This document shows positions 1 to 9,141 of a DNA stretch of 64,000 bases, piece by piece; position 1 is the stretch's first letter; each line of letters starts with the position of its first letter. Origin of the DNA: Candidatus Latescibacterota bacterium (GTDB lineage: Bacteria; Latescibacterota; UBA2968). Made by a program: the position numbers and the translations under genes. The stretch spans positions 5,568,001 through 5,632,000 of the forward strand of contig OZ242320.1 of the NCBI GenBank assembly GCA_965208125.1, read 5' to 3'. The notes below the pieces were generated by a model that was not told the origin of the DNA, searched no databases, and was given only the letters and a program-made list of their open reading frames with translations.

Positions 1-613
1 GCAACAATTCCATCAGCGCGCCCCGTTGCCCGTGCTCACCCGTGAGTTCCAGCAGACCCGCAGCCAGGGGAAAAGGCAAACGCTCGTAATCCATCCACTG
101 CCGCCGAAACACCACCATAAGACACAAATTGGCGGCAAAAAACGCAAAAAAGAAACACCCCCACCAGAAAATCGGCACGATCCAGCTACCCCAGGGAAAA
201 GCCGCCCCTGCCGGCAACCCCTCGTAAAAAGCAACTGCGGCGTGGTGATCGGAAACAACAGACCAATCGGACAAACGCGTAAGCAGTGTATCGGCCCAGC
301 CATTTTCGGTAGAGGCAAAATAGATTGGCGCTGTAATCACACCCAGAAAATATCCCGCAAGCCACTCGCCCTGCGTCAGGGCAGAAACCATCCCCATCGA
401 AGCAACGAGAATAAGCTCAGAAGGCGTAAGCCCCTTACTTTTGCGGGAAAAATAGAGATTGACCAACAGCAATAAGAGAAAAGGAAGGAGAATTGCAACG
501 GAGAGATGCGCGTAATCTGCGCGCGCAGATCGGAGGATATACGTGGTATAAGAAGGCCATAAACTGACGAGAACAGATATGAATAAACCGATGAGAAAGG
601 CGCGTACCGTCAT
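1..613 (-). CDS. Multi-pass membrane protein, DUF6785-like (OPT-related putative peptide transporter); runs off the window start
   Basis: Not in the ORF track. Manual translation from ATG 613 (RBS GAGGAGG): MTVRAFLIGLFISVLVSLWP...APIYFASTENGW...PWGSWIVPIFWW...VFRRQWMDYERLPFPLA. Open to the window edge, with the RRQW..ERL.FPL signature. Confidence 0.75.
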   Translation of the reverse strand, partial: MTVRAFLIGLFISVLVSLWPSYTTYILRSARADYAHLSVAILLPFLLLLLVNLYFSRKSKGLTPSELILVASMGMVSALTQGEWLAGYFLGVITAPIYFASTENGWADTLLTRLSDWSVVSDHHAAVAFYEGLPAGAAFPWGSWIVPIFWWGCFFFAFFAANLCLMVVFRRQWMDYERLPFPLAAGLLELTGEHGQRGALMELL

Positions 614-622
614 AAAACCTCC

Positions 623-3600
623 TCACTCACTGATAAAAAATATCACCGTCTTCTCAGCGGTTTGCTCGCCATTCAAATCGGTAATCGCGACCGCAATTTC
701 ATAACGCCCCGGTTTTGACTCGCCCGGGTCAATCTCCAGATAATTGTACTCATCAGACCCTGTACCCGTCCGCTCATAAGAAATCGTAACAACTGCTTTT
801 TCTTCTATACCGAGCAAGCGCCCCAGTGCTCGCAAAACCTGCACACCACTGAGTTTGCCTTCCCGGGGCGTAATGCGGTAATCCACGCGATATTTCGTCT
901 GTCCAAAATCGTCGATTTTCAAACCGTAAACTTCGTAATAAATAACAACCGGCTGCCCTGTCTTATAGGTGCGCGATGGCAGCGAAATAACCTCGACGCC
1001 ACCTTTATCAGTGGCCGAAGAATCTACCTGTACCCTTCCCGCAAGCTCTATATCACTTATCTTGAGTCCGGCAACCGCATAATCCTCCACCACGAGTTCC
1101 TGCGTATATCCACCCCTGCGTCCAGATGCGGGATGATTGATCTGAAGACCCAAATAATATCGCCCGGGCAAAATCTGAAGCACGAGTTCATCTATCGCCA
1201 GTGTACCTGCCTCAACACCACCCTCATCCACGCGCACCGGCATCGGATCCAGCTTGCGATAAACCGGTGTCCAACTGCTGTCAAAAAGCGCGATACCGCG
1301 CTCAAAAACGACCTCTTCTCCCCCATCATCAACCGCATCTAAAACCGGCACCCCATAATACACCTCCAGCCGAGACTTATCATCTACCCCCCTGAAATCT
1401 GCCGAAGCATAGTGAAAATCCAGCACGCCCTTGCCAACGGGCACATAGCGATCGGGTTGCGCGTTCACCGCCCGTGAAATAACGACCTCGGGCCGCGTAT
1501 CTTCCCAAAATCTCTGGTTAAACCGCGCAATTTTTCGCCCCTGCGAAACATCGGGAAAATCGAAATCACCCTTCGGCGTCAACGCCGTAAAAACGACTTC
1601 AATACCCCCGCTCACATCCGGATAAATCCAGTACTCCCACGGCTCGCTTCCATTGACCGGATAAAGCGGTATCCCCCGCATCGGACGCTCGCTCATGCCC
1701 GGACGATCCCGCCCGAAGAGTTCCTTGCCGCGAACATAAGTATTCACATCATCGCTCTGCCTGGCAAAAAACACGCGATTGGGATTCATCTCAAAATCGA
1801 TAGACTCGAAATCGCTGATCGCGACCACCTCTCCCAACTCAGACTCGATTTCGACATCGCGCGTCGATGTGCGCAGCCGACCTATCCGCGCGATAATTTC
1901 CTGCTTGGCCTCTGGCGACAGCGCCGCTATCAACCGCTCCTTTACCCGCACGACCCTCGCATCTGTCTCAAACCGAATATCCGATCTTTTACTCACATGC
2001 GCGGGTTCGCCATAGCGGATATACACATCGCCGCGCCTGTCCCATTTTCGTCCATCTTTTGAAAAATTCTGCAACGCATAAACAACGCGCCGATAGTGCT
2101 CGACCAACCGCTCGTTACCAGGTGTTGCTGGTGTAGGATCGCGTTTTTGCCAGAACGACCGAACAAACTGCGCCTGCTCCTCGGGTTCCAGACGCTGGTA
2201 CGCCGCCAATTCCTCTGGACCCGCCACGAGTGAAATATCTTCCACGCGTGCGCGCGCCTCATCGCTAAGCGTGCGCAACTCCTCTGCAATCAGCGCATGC
2301 GCTTTGCCCGTCTCCCCAATATTGAGATACGCCTCCAGAAGCGGATGCATGCATAAACTGCGAAAATCGGGCCGCGCTTCCATCAATTCTCGCCAAATAA
2401 CCGTAGCCGAATCAATATGTCCTTGTTTGAACAACACGCGCCCAAAGTCAAATTGCGCCCGCGCATATAACGGATCCACTGCAATCTGCCGACTATACGC
2501 AGCCGCACTCTCGGCAAGTTCCTCCCTGCGCTCTAACACACGCCCCATCATATAATAGAGAAAAGGATGGGTGGGATCTCGTTCAACAGCCGCTTTCAGA
2601 TATTCCACCCCCTCGCCCCTCCCGGAGAGAAAACGCGCCAGTTCTGCATTTGTCCAATACGCCGCCTCTTGAAATTTTTCAACAGCGCCATTCCAGTCGC
2701 CGCGCCCCATACCCACAATACCCAGTGCATTGCGCGCTTCGGGCAAATCGGAGTCACCATCGAGCGCCTTTCGCACCCAACGCTCGCCTTCGACCAGCGC
2801 TCCACTCTCAAGCGCGATCAACGCTCTGGCAGTCAACGCATAAGGATCGAGCGGATCTTCATCCAGCACAAAATCGACCATATCGCGCGCCATTCGTACC
2901 GCAAGCGTATCCGCCTCGGGCAGACGCTCGCCAAACGTCTTGTCAACGCGCTTCTTGAGCGTTTCTTCAAGACCTATCGCCCGCAACATCGCCATTCCAA
3001 CCTCGCGATTGCCCAATCCCGCGACCGGTGCGATATAAGCCTGGGCGAAAAGTGGCACCCGTTCAAAATAATGTCCGTACATAAAAACAGCGCGTTCCCC
3101 CGCACCGACTTTCGCGTATTCCTGTGCAGCCTCTGGAATTGAAAAGCGTTCCAGAATCTTCTCCATAAGAACCTGCTGCTGTGTCGTGAGCGACAATTCG
3201 ACAGGAGAGCCCAGAATGCGAAAATTGCGTTGCGTACGCGCAACCTGCTCCCCTGCACGCGCTTCAACACTCAGCGTGTATGTCCCTGGCGGCAACCCGC
3301 GCAGCGGAATCCCTTCGACAAATTTTGCATCCTCACGATACGTGGGAAACTCCCGCAGATGATTAAAAACGACATGACCGAAACGGTCGCGGATCTGAAA
3401 ACGCACACTGTGGGCAAGTCGCCCGATCTCGTAAAGTTCGACATAAAAGCGCAGGGGCGCGTCATCCCCGACCTCGCGCTCAGGCGACGGTAAAAGAACA
3501 TGACCTGCCTTGAGAAAGGACTCGGCTTCAAAATTCTGAGAAGGCGGATCTATTTCACTCACAAAAAACAGATCGCTAAACGCGAGGTGGCCCGTCTTGT

Positions 3601-4039
3601 ACTCGGGCACCTCAATAGAAAACACCGCCCGTCCCTGGCGATCATTGCCCACGGCATTGACGTCCAAAACCGCGTGATAATATCCCGCTGGAACCTGAAA
3701 TCGCGCGATATCATAAACAAAATGCGCTGGATCGTCGATCCGCTCTGCAGAAGAAAAAACGCGCTCGCCCTCTATCCTCTTGACCGAATTGCCATTCTCA
3801 TCGAACAACTCGAGACGCGGGACATAACGCGCAACAAAAAGACTATCGCCCTGTGTCTCAAACGCAAGATGTGTGGCGGGAAAACGGATAACAACCTCTT
3901 CATAAGGCCCATTGTCTCCGCGAAAACTACATGCACCGACTCCGAGCGCGAGACTGCCTTCCAAAGATACCCGTCCCTCTTCAGCAGTCGCCTGCAATGG
4001 GAAAAACGCAAAAAAAAGTAAAAAAAGTAAAAAGGGCAT
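623..4039 (-). CDS. GWxTD-domain protein with TPR repeats (secreted)
   Basis: Signal peptide MPFLLFLLFFAFFPLQATA (ORF extends to TTG 4072); TPR tract; FWQKRDPTPATPGNE...EHYRRV...WDRRGDVYIRYGEP; later WEYWIY. Confidence 0.85.
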   Translation of the reverse strand: MPFLLFLLFFAFFPLQATAEEGRVSLEGSLALGVGACSFRGDNGPYEEVVIRFPATHLAFETQGDSLFVARYVPRLELFDENGNSVKRIEGERVFSSAERIDDPAHFVYDIARFQVPAGYYHAVLDVNAVGNDRQGRAVFSIEVPEYKTGHLAFSDLFFVSEIDPPSQNFEAESFLKAGHVLLPSPEREVGDDAPLRFYVELYEIGRLAHSVRFQIRDRFGHVVFNHLREFPTYREDAKFVEGIPLRGLPPGTYTLSVEARAGEQVARTQRNFRILGSPVELSLTTQQQVLMEKILERFSIPEAAQEYAKVGAGERAVFMYGHYFERVPLFAQAYIAPVAGLGNREVGMAMLRAIGLEETLKKRVDKTFGERLPEADTLAVRMARDMVDFVLDEDPLDPYALTARALIALESGALVEGERWVRKALDGDSDLPEARNALGIVGMGRGDWNGAVEKFQEAAYWTNAELARFLSGRGEGVEYLKAAVERDPTHPFLYYMMGRVLERREELAESAAAYSRQIAVDPLYARAQFDFGRVLFKQGHIDSATVIWRELMEARPDFRSLCMHPLLEAYLNIGETGKAHALIAEELRTLSDEARARVEDISLVAGPEELAAYQRLEPEEQAQFVRSFWQKRDPTPATPGNERLVEHYRRVVYALQNFSKDGRKWDRRGDVYIRYGEPAHVSKRSDIRFETDARVVRVKERLIAALSPEAKQEIIARIGRLRTSTRDVEIESELGEVVAISDFESIDFEMNPNRVFFARQSDDVNTYVRGKELFGRDRPGMSERPMRGIPLYPVNGSEPWEYWIYPDVSGGIEVVFTALTPKGDFDFPDVSQGRKIARFNQRFWEDTRPEVVISRAVNAQPDRYVPVGKGVLDFHYASADFRGVDDKSRLEVYYGVPVLDAVDDGGEEVVFERGIALFDSSWTPVYRKLDPMPVRVDEGGVEAGTLAIDELVLQILPGRYYLGLQINHPASGRRGGYTQELVVEDYAVAGLKISDIELAGRVQVDSSATDKGGVEVISLPSRTYKTGQPVVIYYEVYGLKIDDFGQTKYRVDYRITPREGKLSGVQVLRALGRLLGIEEKAVVTISYERTGTGSDEYNYLEIDPGESKPGRYEIAVAITDLNGEQTAEKTVIFFISE

Positions 4040-4097
4040 AGTGATACTCTCAAAAATACGATAGCGAATCAATGAAGCAGCGAATATACATGAAAGC

Positions 4098-4130
4098 TGT
4101 CATTGCGGCATGGTTTTAGCCGCAATCCAG
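4098..4130. repeat. REP/RPE-like palindrome TGTCATTGCGGC-ATGGTTTTA-GCCGCAATCCAG
   Basis: ATTGCGGC/GCCGCAAT stem; related copy at 10621-10654; overlaps the stop codon of the DegT gene. Confidence 0.7.
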
Positions 4131-5417
4131 AGGTTTTGGGTGGCGGAGCGGGGTTCGTCCATTCGCAATCTCAACCAATCGCTCGCGGTGAGCCGCCACC
4201 TTGGCAAATGCCTGCGCGGTCTGCTCCACCCACTCGGCAGAGGGCGCAACCGGCGTGGCAAGCCAGAAACTCATAGCCTGTAACCGCTCGCTTACAGGCA
4301 GATTGCACACAGGCCGCCTCGCCTCTGCTGGCAAATCCCCCCACGGCCCGCCCATGCCATCGAATGAAAAATCGTTAAAAAGCGATTCCAAATGCATCGC
4401 GCTATACCCCCAGGCCGTAGTCTCTGCGGCGTACACCCCTTCCGCAACCAGCGCTTTTATGATAAGCGGGAGCGGAGCACCAAACACATCGGGATCAACC
4501 GTTCCCGCGTAGAGCAACATGCCGCCTCGCTTCGCCTTTGGATATGTCTTTTGCGGAGCCACACCGGGAATCTCATTGAGCAGGCTATCCATTCGCCCAA
4601 ACCAGGCTGTCCGCTTCTCATTCAGCCCCGGCAAGCGCTCCAACTGTGCGCGGGCCATCGCAATACCCAGAGGATTTGCGCGGTATTTGACGCCCAACCC
4701 CATATTGCGAAGCACCTTAAAACGATCCGTTTGCCACAGCGCATTGCACCGTCCGCACTGCCCCAGAGCCAGCATGCAGTCGTAGAGATCATCGTCATTC
4801 GTCGTTGCAACACCCGCTTCTATACCAGACACCGGCTTTTTCTCTTGAAGGCTAAAACACCCGATGTGCCCAATAGAGCCGACCATCCTATCGCCCCACA
4901 TCGCCCCGGGTGCATGAGACGCATCCTCAATCAGTGTTATATCGGTCCCCTCTACAATATCTAAAAACGCATCCATATCTGCCGGATTGCCATAAATATG
5001 TGTCACCACAATCGCGCAGGTGCGATGCGTAATCCGCTTCTTCACATCTTCGGGATCGGCGCAAAATGTTTCCGGATCTACCTCGCAGAACACGGGCGTG
5101 GCATTGCAGTGCAAAATCGGCGTAATCGTCGCGTGCCACGTCGCAGTGGGCACAATCACTTCTTCCCCGGCGCATGCACCTGCGGCAAAAATCGCCGAGT
5201 GTAGCGCGGCTGTGCCGTTGCACATACAAAGCGCGTGTTTGGTCCCTATAAAAGCCCGATACTCTTCTTCGAACTTGTCGAGTTCTGCATAAGCGTCATC
5301 CTTATTATCCAAAATATAATTGACGTACTGCTTCTCCAAATCGCTCACATCCTGCCACGAATCACTCATCGGAGTAGTAACAGTTCTGGGACCACCGTCA
5401 ATTGCCAGATCAGACAT
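4116..5417 (-). CDS. DegT/DnrJ/EryC1/StrS family PLP-dependent aminotransferase
   Basis: NGTAALH, IEDASHAPGA, and CFSLQEKKPVSGIEAG (PLP lysine). Confidence 0.9.
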   Translation of the reverse strand: MSDLAIDGGPRTVTTPMSDSWQDVSDLEKQYVNYILDNKDDAYAELDKFEEEYRAFIGTKHALCMCNGTAALHSAIFAAGACAGEEVIVPTATWHATITPILHCNATPVFCEVDPETFCADPEDVKKRITHRTCAIVVTHIYGNPADMDAFLDIVEGTDITLIEDASHAPGAMWGDRMVGSIGHIGCFSLQEKKPVSGIEAGVATTNDDDLYDCMLALGQCGRCNALWQTDRFKVLRNMGLGVKYRANPLGIAMARAQLERLPGLNEKRTAWFGRMDSLLNEIPGVAPQKTYPKAKRGGMLLYAGTVDPDVFGAPLPLIIKALVAEGVYAAETTAWGYSAMHLESLFNDFSFDGMGGPWGDLPAEARRPVCNLPVSERLQAMSFWLATPVAPSAEWVEQTAQAFAKVAAHRERLVEIANGRTPLRHPKPLDCG

Positions 5418-5513
5418 TTTGCCGCTCCTCTCAATGGACCGCTGAGTTTATGCGATTATCACAATATAGCGCAATTCAGCCCTGGAAAGCAATCCATCTC
5501 GACATTCAAAAAC

Positions 5514-5552
5514 AAAAAAACCGATCGCTATGACTTCAGCAATCGGTTTTTT
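5514..5552 (-). terminator. Intrinsic terminator after the Rieske gene
   Basis: AAAAAACCGAT...ATCGGTTTTTT hairpin with U-tracts on both sides. Confidence 0.7.
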
Positions 5553-5586
5553 ATTAATTTAGCGATAACCCCTGGCCTCTCGCTCC

Positions 5587-6036
5587 TTAAAACAGAATCG
5601 ACAACGTCTGCGTCCCATTGTCATAGGTACTCTCGAACCGCGGCAAAGGTGCAGTAGCAGGTCCTCGCAGAACCGCCCCTGTTGTCCTTTCAAACATCGC
5701 ACCGTGGCACGAACACCAGATTTGTGGATCGCGTTCCCCCGGTAAATCCACCTCGCACGCCTCATGCGTACACACAGAACTCAAAACCACAAAATTTTCT
5801 TCAGCAGCGCGGAAAATGATCACGGGCGCGCCGCCATTTTGCCCTTCAAAAACTCGTTTCACAGACCCTCCCACCTGTGACAATGCAGGCGCGCTGCCCA
5901 CATCGAACTGCACACTCTCACCAGACGACTTCAACACATCCGTCTCACAACCCGAAAACCATCCGGCGCACATGCACCCCCCTACGAGCGCGAGGGCCTG
6001 TGTCAAAAATGCTCTTCTTTCCGTCTTATCATCCAC
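5587..6036 (-). CDS. Rieske [2Fe-2S] protein, Tat lipoprotein
   Basis: GTG 6036 with GGAGG RBS; ERRAFL Tat motif, FSGC lipobox, CTHEAC...CSCHG Rieske ligands. Confidence 0.9.
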   Translation of the reverse strand: MDDKTERRAFLTQALALVGGCMCAGWFSGCETDVLKSSGESVQFDVGSAPALSQVGGSVKRVFEGQNGGAPVIIFRAAEENFVVLSSVCTHEACEVDLPGERDPQIWCSCHGAMFERTTGAVLRGPATAPLPRFESTYDNGTQTLSILF

Positions 6037-6050
6037 TGATATGCCTCCTA

Positions 6051-6644
6051 TTACGCCACAAGTGCCTTGTAAAACGGCCTCAACAATTTGCGAAGTTGGG
6101 CGCGCGCCCGAAACAAACGCGATTTTACAGTGCCCACTGAACACCCCTCAACACTGGCAATCTCCTGATACGACAGCCCGTTCAACTCGCGCAGAACCAG
6201 CACAGACCGAAAAATGGGCGGCATATCCGCCAACACCTGCGTCAAAACATCGCGCAACTCACCCTGCTCAACCCTGTAATCCGTTCGCTTTGGACCTGCA
6301 AACAGCGCGTCACCATCTGCTTGTCTGAACCACCATTCATCATCCATCTTAACGTCGTATTTGCGCTGTTGCGACTTAATCCAATCCAGACAGCAATTGA
6401 TGCTGATGCGATACAACCAGGTGGAAAATAGTGATTTTCCCTTAAATTGGTCAAGCGACTGAAACGCCTTGATAAACGCGAGTTGTGCCAGATCGTCGGC
6501 ATCTTCCCTATTGCCCACCATACCAAATGCCGTATGAAAAATCCGCATATGGTGCCGCCGAACCAATTCAGAAAACGCCTTTGCATACCCCTTCTTAGCA
6601 TACCCAACGAGCAATTTATCGTCGCATGTTGACCAATTTAGCAC
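6051..6644 (-). CDS. ECF RNA polymerase sigma-70 factor (RpoE-like)
   Basis: DADDLAQLAFIKAF, FSTWLYRISIN (region 2); LSYQEIA..GTVKSRLFRAR (region 4). Confidence 0.95.
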   Translation of the reverse strand: MLNWSTCDDKLLVGYAKKGYAKAFSELVRRHHMRIFHTAFGMVGNREDADDLAQLAFIKAFQSLDQFKGKSLFSTWLYRISINCCLDWIKSQQRKYDVKMDDEWWFRQADGDALFAGPKRTDYRVEQGELRDVLTQVLADMPPIFRSVLVLRELNGLSYQEIASVEGCSVGTVKSRLFRARAQLRKLLRPFYKALVA

Positions 6645-6658
6645 AGAAAATCTCCCGC

Positions 6659-7732
6659 TTAAAATTCGACAATCAGATCTAAAGATACACTTTGTCGCCT
6701 ATTGTAGTTATAAAATTCATCATTTGAAAAATTTCGAGAGATGCCGTATCCAAATTCCGTTGTCACGCGCTGCGTTAGGGGTAACTCCAAAAACGCGTCA
6801 AAAAACGAATACTCATCCCGGCGCAATGCGCCCCCTATCAAAATCGCGCCACTGACATCCCGCGCCATATCATCTTTATAAGACTGTCTTTCGTATCCAC
6901 CTTCCAGAATAATCCGAACCTGCAAGGGCAATTGCTGGGTCAGCCGAGCGGTTATTTGATCGCCGCTATAATCGTAGCGATCCTTTAAGATATCATCATC
7001 GCCGTAAATTAGTGCATTGAATCGCGTGGGAATATCATTCGCAACTCGCAAGTTGATGCGCCGCTGATAGCGCAGCCGCAAGCCCGTATGATCTGCCAAC
7101 GATTGCGCCACCTGCAAGCCCAAAACCACCTGCCCTTCAGCTCCCTCGCGCAACTTATAGCCCAGTCCCAGGTCGCCCCTCAATGTCGTACGCGAGGGCA
7201 AAAAATGGTTGATCTGAAAAAATGCGTAGTGATCCACATAACGCGACACATTCAAATTGGGATACGACCGCCAGTTGAGTTGATATCCCACCCGCTTCAT
7301 CGTATTCTTATCGCTATACCATTTGCCCTGCACGTATCCCGACAGCCCGGTATAATCATACACATCGTAAATGGAGCGATTTGCACGCGCAGCAAGTGAA
7401 AAACCCGCAAATATCCTATCGCGTACGCCACTATTCATATCGCGTACGAAATCCACCCCCAATCGATTGGTCGCAAATGTTCGGTCGCCATTGTACCCAA
7501 ACAAAAAACCATCGCCTGAAAAAAAGAACCGCAGATATGAAGCATCCATCTCCACGGGTCGCATCACAGAAGCGGAAAGTTGTGTCACAAAAGCACTCGT
7601 CCCCCCATAAACCCCATCCACATTGGTATCGTAAATCGTTCCCACAGTCACATCTGTAAGCACATCTGCATCTGCTGTTTTCAGTCCCAAAAACAATACA
7701 CAAGCAAGGGTTGATAGCCGTTTCATACTCAT
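6659..7732 (-). CDS. Putative outer-membrane beta-barrel protein
   Basis: N-terminal signal peptide, alternating beta-strand pattern rich in Y/G, C-terminal ...SVSLDLIVEF (terminal Phe). Confidence 0.7.
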   Translation of the reverse strand: MSMKRLSTLACVLFLGLKTADADVLTDVTVGTIYDTNVDGVYGGTSAFVTQLSASVMRPVEMDASYLRFFFSGDGFLFGYNGDRTFATNRLGVDFVRDMNSGVRDRIFAGFSLAARANRSIYDVYDYTGLSGYVQGKWYSDKNTMKRVGYQLNWRSYPNLNVSRYVDHYAFFQINHFLPSRTTLRGDLGLGYKLREGAEGQVVLGLQVAQSLADHTGLRLRYQRRINLRVANDIPTRFNALIYGDDDILKDRYDYSGDQITARLTQQLPLQVRIILEGGYERQSYKDDMARDVSGAILIGGALRRDEYSFFDAFLELPLTQRVTTEFGYGISRNFSNDEFYNYNRRQSVSLDLIVEF

Positions 7733-7845
7733 TCCTTATCGGCACTTTCATCCACAAATACAGGTCCTGCCGCCTGTGCGTCTTGACCACTCCACAGGGC
7801 ACATGTCAGTGCCAACGCAATACTATAAGTCATCCACTTTTTCAT
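7729..7845 (-). CDS. Small secreted peptide (38 aa)
   Basis: Manual translation MKKWMTYSIALALTCALWSGQDAQAAGPVFVDESADKE*. RBS GAGGAG upstream; TGA overlaps the ATG of the next gene (ATGA). Below the ORF-track cut-off. Confidence 0.7.
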   Translation of the reverse strand: MKKWMTYSIALALTCALWSGQDAQAAGPVFVDESADKE

Positions 7846-7966
7846 GGCCTTGCTCCTCACTCTTGAATTTTTGTGAACCACTCTCAAGCGCCGCTCCCAT
7901 TTTGTCCGGCCGGAACCAAAATAAGATCTGCGCCATCAAACTGCCGCACTTTGCGACTACAGTATT

Positions 7967-7994
7967 TTAGACAAGCGACAGCCCACTTCGTTCC
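7967..7994 (-). promoter_or_regulatory. ECF (sigmaE-type) promoter GGAAC-N17-GTCTAA
   Basis: Minus strand reads gGGAACgaagtgggctgtcgcttGTCTAAaa, upstream of the peptide-barrel-ECF-Rieske operon. Confidence 0.65.
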
Positions 7995-8307
7995 CATGAA
8001 AATTGTAATAAATTGTTAAAATTGTTACAGTTTGTACACTTAAAAAGACCGACAGGACTCACTTCGCTACATCCTGAAATGTGGCGATATCTACACAGCA
8101 ATACCCCCACATCCCTGCGGAATTGATCCCCGGTCTTGTATCCTTAGATCAGAAAATGGCCTCGCGCGTTCCATACAGGCTTGAAAAAAACGACCTATTA
8201 TTGGTCGGCTCAGCCAATTGATCCCTTTTCCGCTTGCGATAGTGGAAGTATGGCATTAGGTTAAGCACCGATATTTCGAGAACAACACTGAAATGGGAAA
8301 GGAGCAG

Positions 8308-9129
8308 ATGATGATTCGGCTGGGAACGATGACGAGTGTGTGTCCAGATTGGTCTATCGAGCAGATTATCGATGGAATGCAGCGCCATGGATTCGAAGGA
8401 TTGGAGCCTCGTGCGGGGTGGGGACACGCCTCGGGTTTTGAACTGGACATGCCTGCGGCTGCTCGAGATGCAGCGCGGGCGAAAATGGAAAATGCTGGAC
8501 TAAAAATATCCTGTGTAGCTACCGGAGCGAAATTTGCAGCAGAAGATCCCGCTGTTCTGGACCAATCCATCGCCGAGGCCAACGCCGCAATAGATCTCGC
8601 AGCTGACCTGGGGGCCGGATTGATCCGCACATTTGGCGGTGCCCGCGGTAAGGGCGAAGTATTCTGGATGGTAAACCGCACGGCTGAGGCATACAAGCGC
8701 GTAATAGATCACGCGGCAGAACGCGGCGTCATTGTCATGATGGAAACACACGACGAATGGTGTGTCTCGACACAGGTGCGCGCGGTGGTTGAAAAAGTAA
8801 ATCATCCCAACCTGGGCGTCTTGTGGGACCTGATGCACACACAGCGCTATATGGAGCGACCCGAAGAATCCATGCAGACCATTGGCGCGATGGCCAAACA
8901 CCTGCACGCACACGACGGGCGTTACGACACCGAAAACGGGAAAATTACCACCGTCGGTCTGGGCGAAGGCGACCTGGATTATGTCACGCCCTTAAAATTA
9001 TTGCACGATGCCGGATTTGACGGCTTCTTTTCCGTGGAAGTCATCCACAAGCCCGGCAGCGATCACGACGCAGATGCAACCTTAAAAGCTTATGGCGATG
9101 GATTCAGAAAAATTGTCGAAAATTTTTAA
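8308..9129 (+). CDS. Sugar phosphate isomerase/epimerase (xylose isomerase-like TIM barrel)
   Basis: METHD, LWDLMH, HLHAHD, FSVE metal ligands; AAGGAG RBS before ATG 8308. Confidence 0.85.
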   Translation: MMIRLGTMTSVCPDWSIEQIIDGMQRHGFEGLEPRAGWGHASGFELDMPAAARDAARAKMENAGLKISCVATGAKFAAEDPAVLDQSIAEANAAIDLAADLGAGLIRTFGGARGKGEVFWMVNRTAEAYKRVIDHAAERGVIVMMETHDEWCVSTQVRAVVEKVNHPNLGVLWDLMHTQRYMERPEESMQTIGAMAKHLHAHDGRYDTENGKITTVGLGEGDLDYVTPLKLLHDAGFDGFFSVEVIHKPGSDHDADATLKAYGDGFRKIVENF

Positions 9130-9141
9130 TTGGAGAATAGC

